DNA from: Blasia pusilla
Taxonomy: Eukaryota
Assembly: GCA_050084515.1 (NCBI GenBank)
Contig: CM114271.1
Location: 22,940,001 to 23,004,000 of the forward strand
DNA length: 64,000 bases
Direction of reading: 5' to 3'
The notes under the pieces: model-generated
The model's input: only the letters and a program-made list of their open reading frames with translations
Databases searched by the model: none
Told to the model about the DNA's origin: nothing
Part shown: positions 41,501 to 55,500 of the stretch, one piece after another
How the letters are laid out: the number at the start of each line of letters is the position of its first letter
Numbering within the stretch: the first letter of the stretch is position 1
Translations under genes and position numbers: made by a program

Positions 41501-42299
41501 TTTGGAAGCTCTATGTCAACTCTCTCTTTCAAGCAAAATATATGCAGGACCAATGTGGGCTTCAAACTCTCTCATATTCTCTTGTTACGCGTTTGTGAAA
41601 CTGTGGGTTGGGTTGTCTTTCTTTATGATTATATGATGTTGCAGAGGAGTGGAAGAAGCTGAAATTTTGCTTGAATCCTTGACTCTCTCTTGCTATGTCG
41701 CAATGGGTTGTCTCTCTCTTTTTGTGTCTTAGATAGAAGGCTAAGACAAAAGGCTTGAAGTCTGAAAACTCTCTTTTACAAGTTGGAAAACTTGTTAGTC
41801 TTTCAAATTTGACAAGTAGTAGTCGGATCTTGCCCTCTCATGCATGCTCACTCCTTATTTCCCCCTTGCAAGCTTGATGGTATTGTTGTTGAGACATCTT
41901 TGTAAGAACTTTACTACCCTCATCCTTTTGCCTTGGAGGTTTGTTGCATTGAGTCTCCTCTAAACCTACGCTCCCTTTCATTGAGTTGCATTATCATTGT
42001 CTCTCAATGTCAGTCCGTAAGATAGCATACTTTTTTAGACTCTATGATCTTTCAGAATAAGCCTCACCTTGACTTTTGAATTAAGAAGGGACCCAAGCAG
42101 AACCTATGAGTGGCAGCCCCTTTACTGTTGCCTTGACTCTTGTAGTCCATTTGAACTTGAAGAGGTTGTGAACTTGTGAATCACATAGTAAAGATATAAT
42201 TTACCGATTCCAATAAGAGATAGAAGTTACTTACAAAATTAGGGTTTGATAGAAAATTGGAGCCAACCAATGAGTTCGTAGAAGATGTAGATGATTCCA

Positions 42300-43130
42300 A
42301 AATTCCTGACATGGATTCAATCAAACCTCTATAATCTAAGATTGAAGAAAGTAGAAAGCTTTGGAGAGATGCATCGTATCCTATTGTTGAATGGATAGAA
42401 TTTTAGTCCCAAAACGAATGAGTATTTTGTGAGATATGTGGAGATAGTAAGGGAAGATCAACCCTGATGGATATTTGAAGCATCTTCAACCTGAAATTAT
42501 AGGATATTTCTTCCATTTCATCTACATGGAGAGGGATATATCAGGTAAAGATCTAAAGGATACAATTTTCTCTTAGAAGAATTTTGCCGAGGTAATATGT
42601 GTAGCTTTGCGAGAGATATTTGAGGATAATTCTTTGGTCGGAGCAATCAAGATCCTCAATCCCCTTTGTATACCTGCACATATGGGTAATTTGAAAGATT
42701 GGGGTGTCAAAGAAATAGAAACCTTGGTTGCTTTTTATGGAGAAGAAAAGCCTCGCCTTTACATGGAAGGTCTAGGAAGTTGTTGTTAGATGGTGCAACC
42801 ATCAAGATTGAGTTCCTGGTTTTCAAGATCCAAGCCACTCCAACATGGAAAGAAAAGTCCTTCAAGGACTTGTGGCCCATGATTAGCTGATATGAGGTAT
42901 ACTACACTAATTTGCTTACATTAGCTAACATAACTAGAGTGCAATGAGTAAGTACAACGAATGTGATTCAGAATATGATGAAAACAAGGCTAGGGAATGT
43001 TTTGGATTCCAACCATTTAGATGCCCTAATGCGAGTTAGCATGGACAATCCTTTCGAGAGAAGTGAGTGTAATGATGTTTTAATAGAAGCTACAGATGTA
43101 TGGAAGCATTTTAAAGAGTCTACTTTTAAA
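42300..43130 (+). mobile_element. Decayed hAT-superfamily transposase, C-terminal/dimerisation region
   Basis: Fragments LKDWGVKEIETLVAFYGEEK, NLLTLANITRVQ*VST and IQNMMKTRLGNVLDSNHLDALMRVSMD resemble the hAT dimerisation-domain pattern (N.IKT..RN.L....L.ALMRI). Interrupted by stops and frameshifts. Confidence 0.65.
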
Positions 43131-45299
43131 ATTGATTCTTGCTTTCCTACGGCTCCTACTATGGGGTGCTACTTAAGGGTTTGGTATTCTATTGTCTGGT
43201 TGTTATCGATTTCTAGGGTTAGTACATTGCATTTTGTTATCCATGTGTTCTTCCTTTTCCGAGCTCTTTTGAGCTTCGTCATTCACGGGAGGATCTCTTT
43301 GTCTTCCTTTCTTCTTACTCTAGGGTTCTTAAATCAGATATCTTCACTCAATTTTCTTCTTTGCGTATTTGATTGTAAGGTTTGATAAGCACGGGTATTG
43401 AACTTTAGGGTTATCAAACTTATGTTGGTCCTTTAATTTCCGGTTGCCTCAAGCCTAGGTGTTCTCATGGCTTACCTAATCGGGGTTAAGTCTCATTTTC
43501 AGACCTCATCTCTTTATCTTACTTCCCCAAGTTACCTATCTTCTTCTTGTCCTTGGGATTGACATTTCCCAATTTCTTTGAAGGAATTTCTTTCCTTCAT
43601 TCCTTCTACGCCTTTATCTGCAGGGGCGACTAACTCTAGGGTTACCACACACGTCTCCTTGTGTTACTTCGTGTCTTTCCATCCACTTTGATGTAGGCGG
43701 TGAGAGGTGAAAGAATATCGGATTGGGCAAGGAATCTGTGATGGGTAGGAATAAACCACACATTTTGCGAAGAGAAGTGGTGAAGATCAAGATACCGATG
43801 CCAATTATCAGGTTCCTCGACCACAATTTTACCCATTACTGCAGTTGGCGCACTTGTTGGGGCGATCTGTGCTCTCTGAGCCAATTCCGGATAGTTCGAA
43901 CGCTTGCAAAGGGTATCTAGTGCAACCATGGTTAGGATGAGTTGGGTGCTTTAGGGCGGGATCCCATGGACGACCGGGACCTGATTGTATCAATATAAAA
44001 CAACTTACCATGCCACATAGAAATTTACATTTGTTTCCTGTAGTATGAAAAATGTTTTCTTGCTGCCCACTTGTTATGTGATATTGGAAGGTAACAATCT
44101 ACCATCCCAAAATGTATCCTCAAATGACCTTGCCTCTTAAACTCTCCTTTGAATCTTTGTTGCTCAAACTCAAGATTTTTGCTCAATTTTCATTTTACAA
44201 TTATAAAATAAAATCTCAGTTTTTATTAGAATTAACTTTTTGTATAAAGGCTATCATTGGATGCCTTTATATAAGAGATTGCTAGCAACTCTAGCCCCAA
44301 AAGGTGAGGTTCTCTAGTTCAAATCATGTTAGAGGGGTAAAACAAATAAACTTATTTAAAAGAATCAACTCATAAACCCCACGCACAACATTAAAATTCA
44401 AATAAATATTGATGAGATCAAAACAGAACGAGAAATTAACTGGAGGACACCAATGAAGTTTAAAATAGAAATGGTTGCAAGAAAAAAAAAGACGAGTGAA
44501 ACAATCCATTCACTAAAAAATCCCAGCTGATAACCAAGACTAGTAAAACAACCTAGGAGATGGACAAAAGGAATATTATGACAACCTAGGGGATGAGTGA
44601 AATCCCAAGAAAAAAACTTATAAGTAAAAAAACCTAGTTTTTTTACTCATCAGCTACCCTCTAAAAAGTGACGATGATAACAAATGATTTCTAATTTCTA
44701 AATTGCAAACAATGAACCCTTGTTCACAAATCCTATGCAATGTCTGGGTAGAATCGCGATAACGTGTTGAGCTAACTTGAAGACTTTAATTTCTTCTGAT
44801 TTAGTTTTCAATCTTCGATAAAAATTAAATGATGGTATAGACAATTTCTCTTTTGTATTTACAGCCCAACTTAACACCCGTACTTTACGGTTCCCTCACA
44901 GGTGCTTGTAGAAGACAATATTTTTTGTAGTCGTACCACAATGTTCTAGTTGATTCATATTATGACGTGGAGAAATATTATTGGATGAATAAATTCTATG
45001 GGTTGGACTTTCAACATGGTAGCGGTCACTATGTATTCACGGTCACTCTATACACACGAAGTTCGTATTGATTCGTTCTAGTGTAATTGATGGCTCCCCT
45101 AGCCCGTCGTTGCATTCTAGATTGGGTTATGGCATTCGTACGCGGTCTATCGTATGAACCCTTATCCTTAGTATTGGATAAAACATTTGTTTTGTTGTTG
45201 CAATAATTGTTTTCACATTATTGTATTCATCTTTTGGTAGTATATGGGATTGTTAAGAAGATTTCATATGTTTTCACACTATTGTATTCATTTCTCCTT

Positions 45300-45494
45300 C
45301 CTAGTGTATTGAAGACTAATTGAAATTTAAAGACTTTGTATATTTTTACATTTTTTAATGTAGTTTTTAATTTTTTATGACTACATTCTTTAATCAGAAG
45401 TCCGCATTAAACTTATTCGCATTATATTATGGTTTTTTATTAAAACTTATTCATATTTTTTACTAAGACCCCATTTTCGGGGCCGTCACACTAG
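45300..45494 (+). mobile_element. Helitron-like 3' terminus
   Basis: AT-rich run, GC hairpin GACCCC-ATTTTC-GGGGCC (45467-45484), 6-nt spacer, CTAG (45491-45494), then T. Confidence 0.6.
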
Positions 45495-46004
45495 TACAAG
45501 GCGAAAATGTACCCATCCTGTCCTATGGTTTGGGAAGGAGGGTTTAAAATCATGGCCTTATTCAGAGACCACTTAAAGGGTATTAAAAGTTAATGACGTG
45601 AGACATTATTAAAGAGCCGTAGAGACACATTAATGCCCGAAAGACCGCGAAAAGGGACAGACAGAGAGAGAGAGTCGAGTGGAGAGAGGGCGGGCACGTT
45701 CGCGCGGAGCGATGTGCGGAGACGAGAGGAGAGGGGAGAGGTGGAGATCTCACGAAGGAATATGCAGAGCACCCGCATCATCATATTCGCAGGATCATCC
45801 CTCTGGAAGTCCTCCCTTCATTCCTTGGGATCACGCTCGCTCCTCGCTACTCCCTGCGGTGCGAATTTCTCGTTGCGTTTCACAGCAGCAGGCTGAACGG
45901 CCCTCTCCGCCCTTTTGTTCGCAATTGAAGCAAATCTCTCGGAGCACAACAGAACACAACGGAACGGAACACGCGAATAGCACACACGAGCGAACAGAAC
46001 AGAA

Positions 46005-46205
46005 TAAGAGAAGAGGAGAGGAGAGGAGAGGAGAGGAGAGAAGAGAGAGAAGAGAAGAGAAGAGAAGAGAAGAGAAGAGAAGAGTAGAGAAAAAAGAGGA
46101 GCAGAGAAGAGAAGAGAAAAAAGAGGAGCAGAACGGAAGAGGAGAAGAGAAAGAGAAGAGAAGATAAGATGAGATAAGAGAAGAGCAAAAGAGGAGAGGA
46201 GAGGG
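46005..46205 (+). repeat. Purine-only (GAGAG/GAGAA)n simple repeat upstream of the downstream gene's start codon
   Basis: About 200 bp of almost pure G/A pentamer repeats. Confidence 0.9.
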
Positions 46206-46462
46206 AATGTCGATGCTGCAGTGGGTGTGGGGTGGTAGATGAGTGCGGGGGAAGTCGGAGCCGAGAGGTAGTGAGCAGCACGAGGTTCCTGGGTAGCCAG
46301 ACGCAGGAGTGGGGCTGTCCGTCCGCCAGTTAGTCACTCACTGGTAGAATTGAAGGGAGGGAGAGAGCGGAGGTCGAGGATTAAGAGCAAGAATTGCGTG
46401 CGGAGGAAGAATTGACTCGTCTATGAGGTGAATGGGGATTGGGCACACGCTGGGTCGAGAAC

Positions 46463-49400
46463 ATGGCGAAGCCTGGAGCTCTGGTTGCTGGATTGCTGTG
46501 GGTGGCGTGCTTGCTGGCGGATGTCCAAGCTTTCAGTTTGCCGTCGCTCGTGCGGGACTCGATTCCTCTGTTGCCTCACTCTGTATCTTGGCCTCTTCTG
46601 AACACTCTCCACAACGCCGTCGATTTGCTACCGCAATTTGTGGGCGCCATTTCTGAAAACGATTCAATTGCGTGGAAGGGCGCGTGTTTCTACGAAAACG
46701 AGGCGTACCTCGAGTTTTTAGAGCCTACCGCAGAAAATCCGAATGGTGGTGGGATCCTTCATTTGATGGTCTCTCTCTCTCTCTCTCTCTCTCTCCCCTC
46801 TGCAAATTGCGCTTAATTATCGTTCGAGGAGAATTGCATAGCGCTGCCTCTTGTCCTCAAGGCAACCAGCGAATTCGGGTGAGCTGCCCCCTCTGCCAAA
46901 GAGGTGGCCTTTGGGCTTCTCACTCCATTTCAGGTTTTCGCACCTGTGCCAGGTCCCGGTGCAAATGGCGACTGCCGTGTTTCCCTGCCCCTTCGGTTAT
47001 GTCGTACTGGAATTCTGCGAAATGGTCTACTCCTGTCACTTCTTGACGTTTTGCGACGACTTCCACTCTCATCACTTAACCGCGAGAAATAACGAGAGGG
47101 CCTCTGCAGCTCGAATAGCCCGACAGTGGAAGCCTGCGATAGTTTGATTTACGACGCATTGTCGGGAGTTGGTTTCGGCGGGTGTGCTTCCTCAGATTGT
47201 GTCGGGCTTCCGGCTTTTCTCTCTGGGAAAGTCCTTCCCTCACTTCGCTGCATTCGAGGCAGTGGATCTGCTCTGATTTCTGGACGCAGCTCCATTTCCA
47301 GGGGAGCTTCATTGGTGGCCTCCGATTGCACACACCGAAACATAAAGTGCGAGAGCGAGCGCTTCGTGCAATGAGCTCGAAGAATGGTTGTCTCCTGCGA
47401 GCTATGCAGGGGGTTTCTTGTGGAACCGCGGGTTCGGCGAGAGTGCTAGAAGCTTTCATCTTGCCTTCCCTGCACGTTCGATTGGTCACTTGTATCCTTC
47501 ACATTGATCGAGTGATTCCATTTGCGTGTGCAGACAAGCGCCGCCCACAGCTGGACATGTATAGACCTGTATGTGTTTGCAACGCCCTTCCGAATAACTT
47601 GGGACTACTACTTCACTGCCCGCCAGCATACTTTGAAGATCGCCAGTTGGGAAAATGGGGAGCTTGAATACGTAAGATTCCTACTCATTTCTTGTTTCAA
47701 GCTTGAAAGAGACAGCGATTGCATTCGTTTCCAATCACTTGTGGGAATCAAGACTGGTGTACCAAGAGGTATGTAAAGGTTATGCGTGCGATTGCTAGTC
47801 AGTTTCAGCCCTATACAAGTACGTCTACTGCTGATGGAATTGGATGTTCACACTCTCAATGGCTCGATGCAGATCAAAGAAAGAGGTTTTTCTCTCTTTC
47901 TCATGCCGGCTGGAATGCTGGGAACACTCGTGGCATTGTGGGATGTGCTACCGATATTCTCCAACTCTGGGTGGGGCGAGAATTCGAACCTTGCGTTTTT
48001 GGAAAAGCACATGGACGCGACATTCACAAAACGCCCTCTGCCATGGATCACGAATCTGACCACAGATGATATCCACTCTGGGGATTTTCTGGCTCTTTCA
48101 AAGGTTCGAGGCCGCTGGGGGGGTTTCGAGACACTTGAGAAGTGGGTCACAGGTGCATATGCAGGACATACAGCAGTATGCCTGAAAGACGAAGCAGGAA
48201 AATTGTGGGTTGGCGAATCAGGTCATGAGAATGAGAAGGTACAGAGTTGATGTCTACGATGCTGTCAAATAAATGAGATAGACGATTGCCATTTGATTTC
48301 ACAAGATGTTGATGTTCTATAAATGCAGCCACCTAATTCTTGGGCACTTGGTCCTCTCTATCAGTGGCCGTGATGAGCCAATAATATTGGGACGTTGACC
48401 GCGGTAGGCCAAGCTTTTGTTGCATCTTCCCCTCTGGGGTCCACCAAAGCTCTCACTAAGATTTGCAGGTCTGGGTTTTGTGCAGGGTGAAGAAGTGATT
48501 GTTGTGATCCCGTGGGAGGAGTGGTGGAATTTGCAACTAGTTGACGAAGCCGATCCTCATGTAGCTATTCTGCCTCTGCATCCTGATATGAGAGCAAAAT
48601 TCAACAATACCGCAGCTTGGGAGTATGCACGTAAAATGGATGGACAGCCCTATGGATATCACAACATGATTTTCAGCTGGATTGATACAAGAAATCAAAA
48701 TTACCCTCCACCGCTGGATGCAAACTTGGTATGTTGTATTTTGACTTAGTTAATATGGACTTTTCTCGATTCCTCCCATGCTTTATTCAGATAACTATTA
48801 GACGAATATGCCCATGTTATATACTTCACAAAGAAGATTTGAATGTGGTAGAATCCTTGTACTTTCTTTGTTTCCCCATTTTCCCTTGCACCAACCCATA
48901 AGGAAATCTGCCGTGTTTAAGACTATGACATGTATGGCTGTATTTTCTAGCTTCCTTTTTACGAACCATTTTCACGTGCACACTAGGGACAGTCAAACAC
49001 TGATTCTCAACACAACCATGAAAGCAACAAGGTACTTGCCGTGGTAGTATTTCCATAAACTCAGGAGGGACTGTGGACCATGTTTCAATACTAAACTGTG
49101 AAACCCACAGCTTCACTGAATGTGAGGGAATTGCTATACTCTCTCACTACAGGAATGACCCCCACTGCTCTACTCAGTGGGACAGCTTGATGGCCTGAAA
49201 TATGAGTTATTGGAATAAGTGAGGCTGAACCATAGATCCAGTGATGGGTGGAAATAGAGGACACCAATGTAAGTGTGAGCTAATAATAGCCAGGTCACAT
49301 TAAGAAGGCAATATCAAGACATATCACATGTCGATATGCCTAGTGCAGGGTCTGGCACATTTGAGAAAGGGGAGCAGGAGTCGAGAGTGGATCTAGGAAA

Positions 49401-50415
49401 GGTCAACATGGAAATTGGCTACATTTAGAGATGATTTAGCACTGATTAGAGCTGAGGCTTGCTCCATCCTTGCAACCAGACGGGCACACAATCCTGTTCA
49501 CACTAAGCTTGCCATCACCTCTGCAATGGTCTTTTACAAGGTGGTATATCAGTGAATAGTGAAATTGTGCCAACTGGAATTATAAATCCTTGTAGTTTTC
49601 AGCATGAAAACTCATCATATTGGCTGATCAATAGATATGCGGACTGCAGGTGGCATCGGTCATCACAATGTGGACTCGAATTCAGCCTGATTATGCCTCA
49701 AATATGTGGAACGAGGCGCTTAACAAACGTCTCGGAACTGAGGTAATTGACTACTACGACATCATATGTCATGGGCGGTGATCAAACTGGAGACTTTTGA
49801 AGTTTTTTTGCTTAGGTAGATTTGAATGGATTCTGATCCACTTGTCCTATCTCTGTTGGAACCAGGGCTTAGACCTGCCGGCTGTCATTGTGGAGAGTGA
49901 CAAGCGAGGTATACCTTTTGAGGAGCTTCTTGCAATGCCAGAAAAAGATGAATGGGTATACAGTGATGGGAAGTCAACTACATGTGTAGCATTTATTCTG
50001 GAAATGTACAAGGAGGCTGGGTTGTTCGGGGACCTTGCAAATGAAGTACAAGTAACAGAGTTCACGGTAAGTCCTGGATTTTGATCACCTAGTTCTGGAT
50101 GATACCGTGCTGGTTTGAATAGTGCTGAACTCTGATATTGTGTAGCTCTAAGCACTTCTTCGGACTACATACTGATCTCTGTTTGTAATTTCTGCCCAGA
50201 TTCGAGATGCGTACATGCTTAAGTTCTTCAATAATGATCCAACAAATCTACCCGCCTCGTGTCATCGAAAAAATGAAACTGTTCTACCTTTCTGCCAAGT
50301 TCTTGGCCAATACTTAATGGAGCTGCCAGATTACAACACAATTCTACCGTATCCACACATGAACGAGAAGTGCCCCTCAATAGCACCAGACTATCAAAGA
50401 CCTCCACTGTGCTGA
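46463..50415 (+). CDS. Conserved uncharacterised secreted plant protein (At1g70160/At4g27020/At5g54870-like), ~520 aa, putative permuted NlpC/P60 fold
   Basis: Exons 46463-46768, 47534-47671, 47873-48238, 48486-48728, 49650-49742, 49866-50066, 50200-50415; all phase-0 GT-AG introns; 1563 nt. N-terminal signal-peptide-like stretch. Motifs recalled for this family: AVDLLPQFVG, WKGACFYEN, AHSWTCIDLYVFATP, SGDFLALSKVRGRWGGFETLEKWVTGAYAGHTAV, PYGYHNMIFSWID, YSDGKSTTCVAF. Confidence 0.92.
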
Positions 50416-51137
50416 GCGCATCTAGATTTCAAGCTGTACATTTAATTTATGGTATCTAGCTTAAGACTTTTGAGCTTACAAATTAACTAGAACTATCTTC
50501 GGAAGTCTTGCTGATCAACTGATCAGATGATGCATCTCTAGAGATATCAACTTGGCCACTTAAGTCCCACTCTAGTGAGGGTGCCATTCTTTGCGCACCA
50601 CATCTGGGATTGTGAGTGGACCACAATTTGTAAAATACGATAACTTTAATGATACATTCCTCCCGGCCGGATTCCACTGGCGGGAGGAATGTGCCCTAGA
50701 TCTGACGGGGAACATTGCATAAGAATCAACTTGTGTTGTTTCCCAACTGAACTTCACAACTGCACCAACTTTTCTAACCTCCTGCCACTGTTCCACTATG
50801 TGCCAAGGATAGTCTTTTTATGTGCTTTCATCTCATATAGGTGAGGATACTTTCACCATCTTTAACAACCCCTTGTGAAAAGTGTCATGTATGTTTTCTC
50901 TTGACGGCCATTCAAGTGCAAGCATATTGGAGTCCATTCCAGTGATTTTAAGTGGTGGAATTTGTGCAGATGGTTGGAAACCCTCCCAAAAAATGCAATA
51001 GATTCTACAGGTTTCTCTTGCATCTGTGTGGGGAATGGTAAGAGATGTTCACCACATCAATTTTTTTCATAATAGGGCAAGGTGGTTGGTATAAATTTTG
51101 AAAAATTAACCTATATGTAATTGTTAGAAAAATGTCC

Positions 51138-51302
51138 AAGAGAAAGGTAACCTCTCACTAGTACTATCAGTTTACTTTTTATTATACTTTAGTGTTATCA
51201 CGGCTTTTATGATAAATTAAAGAGAAAGGTAACCTCTCACCAGTGCTATTAGTTTACTTTTTATTATACCTCTAGTGCTATCACGTCTTTTATGATAAAT
51301 TA
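51138..51302. repeat. Tandem duplication, 2 x ~82 bp, spanning the left junction of the solo repeat
   Basis: AAGAGAAAGGTAACCTCTCAC...TATCACG(G/T)CTTTTATGATAAATTA occurs twice. Confidence 0.9.
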
Positions 51303-51908
51303 ATGAGACCTAGTAGAGCGCATTCAAGCATAGTCAAGGGTTCCGTCAAGAGGTTGAGGCTAAGGATAATGTGAGAAAGCAAGTTTTATCTTTGTTTCGG
51401 CTCATTTGGTGGCACATAGAAAATCGTACTATTTCGAGTGAGTTATCGTTTTCAGCATAGTTGACTTTTCATTTTGGGAAGTGGATTTGGACCTCATACA
51501 GCAGGTCAAGAGCCAAGGAGGTGATCTACCAGCATAAGTTATCATGGAGAGAGCTCTGAGAGGGAAAGGAGTATACTTCAAAGAGAGAGAGTTTGAGAGT
51601 TCATTTTTTTTTAACCTGTTAGCATGAGAGAGTGTAACATGGTCCCCTTTGCTTTATGTGTGTAACCTAGGCCTCCCATTAGATGAGAGTTTGATTTGAT
51701 ATGAGAGAGAGAGAGAGAGAAAAGAAGAAGAAGAAGTTGTGTGCATCATGGAGAGACTTTATCGTGAGAGAGATCTTTGATTTGGAGATATTTTGATACT
51801 TAACGTCCTGAAGTTTAGATATCATGAGTTAACATGGAATCAAATGTATTCGTGTATGTCTTCGATGACAATGATGTATGTTGTGTAACAATGTGTACAC
51901 ATATAAGA
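51279..51908 (+). mobile_element. Older solo terminal repeat (X-Y) of the same gypsy family
   Basis: TATCACGTCTTTTA...CTAGTAGAGCGC...GCAAGTTTT...GGTCAAGAGCCAAGGAGG (X, to 51782) is joined directly to TGGAGATATTTTGATACTT...AATGTGTA (Y, 51783-51908). Confidence 0.8.
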
Positions 51909-52549
51909 TTACACTAAGTGCAACTTGTATGCTTGCCTAGCCTCTTACGAAGTTTACGTGTGCATGGGATAATACTCCTTAAAGATGCATATTTAACAAC
52001 AAACACATTAGAAGTAGATCACTAAATGATTAAATTTTCTATTTTATACTTATTTGCACTAATTTTAAAGGAGTGGAGAAGAGGTTGAGGTTGAGTAAGT
52101 AAAGTACATTGTTTTTAAATTCGGTTGTTTCATCATATCTTATATGGAATTAAAATGAACTAAGTTATCAAACTTTCTATGATAATATATAAATAGAACA
52201 TTTAACAACTTTATTGTAGGGGTTTGTCTCCACTTTCCATTTCCATCTTTACTCTTTTAATCACTCCAATGTGCACATCAATTCACACAAAGACCAAATG
52301 TATGACATAAATCAAACGAAACCATGTCTTTGTGTAAGTTGCTAGACTCCAGTTTTTGTTCTCCATTTAAAAAAAATTCTTTGGGATTATTGTTGCTCAT
52401 CGTAAAATTTCCTTCATGCCACCAAATGGAATAGTAACATCTTACCTTCAAGTTTGGAACATTGAAACTATCCCATTGGGCACTTAAACAGTGCAATAGT
52501 AGGACAATGCTTTGCAACTAACATTATACAAGTACAGATAAGTTTCGAA

Positions 52550-55500
52550 GGAAGATGGGTTTCCAAACCTTCTTGGTTGAGCTGTTTAATCCATGTACTC
52601 CATAAACTTGGTGATGCGTGTTGAAAAACATGCTTGCAAAGTCTCCTTCCCCTCTTTTATACTTGCTTTGGTTGCATGGACAATCACTTGACTTACTTGC
52701 TCAAGTTCATTGGTGTGGTTTATGAGACCAACATGTTGGGGATGCGGAACAGTTTAGTTGTGTTCCCATGCTGCTTTTCTTATGGTTCAATGGGATTGCT
52801 CCCATTCTGAACTTGAACTTGAGCCGGGTTCCCACGCAAGGGGTTCCCTGGAAATAGTTCTTCAGTTGTGCCTTCTCACGATATACCGTCAAAAGAGAGA
52901 GGTCAGCCATTTTCATGGCTTCCTCCGTGTTGTTCTGTTGTGAGTGTTTGCCCACTGCTTTAGTTATGGTATCCACGATTGCTATCTCATCTTGCTCCCA
53001 CAGTTCAGGTCGTGGAGGGAGCTTGGATGCTTGCATAATCTTTTGAACCTTTTTCGTGCAAGATTTGCCCTGCTTTATGGGTCTTCTTTGGGTCCAAGGT
53101 TTCCCCATCACCTCTTTAGGATAGCGATGGGAGTCCATTGTCTCCATCTGCCTATGCCATTTCAACTTGGCGATGTCACGTCTATCCTCCAAGGGATCTA
53201 CACCAAGTTCTGATCTCACACCAACTCGGGCTGTTCGTGAGGAAGTTGACATCATACCCCGAAATGCCTTCAGCTGCACAACTTCAAGCATGTCCCTTTG
53301 TTTAGTGTTGGCATCCCATATTCCAGTGAGGGAAAAATGGTATGCAAAATGACACTGCGCTTTACTTTTGATGTGATATCCCGGCAGTGTAGGAATATGG
53401 ACAGACCGTTCACCTTCTTGTGGCCTTTCTCAGTAGTCTTCTTAATCTGTGCATTCCACATGAAGCTTCCGAGAATTCTATGCCGAGACAGATGTATGTG
53501 GTCACACGGGGGATCTCTTGTTCACCCCAGTACCACTGTTGGTCTTGGTCCTTCCTCCTTGCCATTGAAAATCATCACACCGCACTTCAGTTCATTTGCC
53601 TCCATGCCCCACATGTCACACCAGATTTTGGTAAGGGAGATCATCTCTTGGAGTTTCTCTCCTTTTTCCTCGAGGCCACCAAAGTCAGCAGCAAACATTA
53701 GGGCATCAACAAAGCTCTTGCCCACCTGTATGCCTAGTCCACTATCCTCCATTTCTTCCAATAGGGAATTCACGAAAGTGTTGAAGAGAGTGGGGGAGAG
53801 CGGGCATCCTTGAGCCCCTCCTTGCTGGATGTCGAATGTCCCACTCTTTTGGCCATTCACCAGAACTCTACTCCTTGTGTTCTGGTACATCTTCTCCACC
53901 ACCCTCCAAATTTTCCCTCTCAGCCCCGCCTTCCACAAGCTTTAAGATAGCCCGTCACGCCATATAGTGTCATATGCCTTCTTGAGGTCCAAGAAGAAGC
54001 AATAGGTGGGTTTCCCCTCTTTTTTCCTACCCTGGATAATCTGACTGAAGGTGAAGATGTGATCCACGCATCCTCGGGCTTGCCGGAAGCCAGCCTGGCC
54101 TTCCTTGATGACAGAATTCTCCTCCAAGTACACAGAGATCCTATTGTTGAGTATTCGGTAGAGGAGCTTCCTGACTACACTCAGCAATGTAATACCCCTG
54201 TAGTTTCCAGGGTCTTCTCGCTCACCCTTCTTGAAGAGGTTCACGATGACTCCCACCCGCCATCTTTGTGGGATGAGTTCTGCCCGCCAGACCAGGTTGA
54301 AGAGACTCACTAGAGAACGAGCCATAGCAACATCGCCATACTTCAACAGCTCATTCACAAGCTCATCACCACCGCGTGCTTTGTGGTTCGCAAGTTCTTT
54401 GATCGCTGCTCCCACCCAGCCAGGGATATCTAATCGTTATATGGGTTGCCCAGCTCAACCTCATCATCTACCTTCTCCCGTTGTATCTTAACAAAATCCT
54501 TCACCACCCTCTCGAAGTTCTGCTCTTCAAGGGATGTCCGAGCGGGCTTCCTACCTAACTCCTTGTAATGGTCTTCCAACACATGTCGGATCTATTTAGC
54601 CGTGGTCACCATTCCACCGTCTTTTCTCTTCAAGGCCTTTACGTCATTTTTTTCCATGGCCTTGCTCAATTTCTGCACTTCCATCCAGAACTTTATCTGA
54701 TTCTCAGTGAAATTCTCATTGATGGATGAGTATGTCACTTGGTTCAATTTCTTCTTGTGCATGCGCACGAGAAGACGAGTTTCCTTGCGTAGGGCCACAT
54801 ACTCTGCCCACAAGGATGCATTGTCCCTGGCTTTGGCACTTGTTACATACGCTTCCCTTCGTTTGGCAATGGCTGCCTTGAGTTCCAAGGACCACCATTT
54901 GACGGCTCTGCCGCATATTATCAATTTCCTGCCGACAGAAATCTCGGCGGCATCTATCACTCCACGCTCCCACCATGCCAGCATCATGTCCATAGTTGTT
55001 CTTGTGAACCCAAAGGTCTTGATGGTAGATGCAATGAAAGTGTCAAATGCCAAGAGATTTTCTTCCAGCTTGCCAATGTACACCTTCTTGTTGTCCTCAT
55101 CTTGGAAGTCCTCTATCCTCCATTTCTTAATCACTCTCTTCACTGGTTTGGTTGAGCATTTTAGCCTTTGCTGCAACTCTGTCCAAACCAATGAATGATC
55201 TGATCTTCCAATGTCTATCGCATCCACTGTGATCTTCCCACTGCGTGCGTAGAGTTCCTCATCCACAGCTATGTTGTCCACAATGGAGCTTTCATTCTCC
55301 TTGAAGTTGACCCTAGTCCAAGCCAGGGAACCCACCTTATGCCTATCATTCAGTGCCATCAGTTGAAGTTCCCTCAACATCGTGATCAGCCATGTGCCAT
55401 TGCCATTCACTCTCACATCTCCAAACATCCCGATCTCCGCTTGGGAATCAGTGCCTTGCCCCACCCAGCTATTGAAGTCTCCCAGCAAAACTATGTTCCC

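Noticed and set aside
18428-45494. One giant Helitron capturing DPH5
   Set aside because: Nothing links these 5' and 3' termini to one element, and DPH5 looks like an intact housekeeping gene.
45679-46337. Long ORFs on both strands (162, 168 and 133 aa)
   Set aside because: Artefacts of the GA simple repeat.
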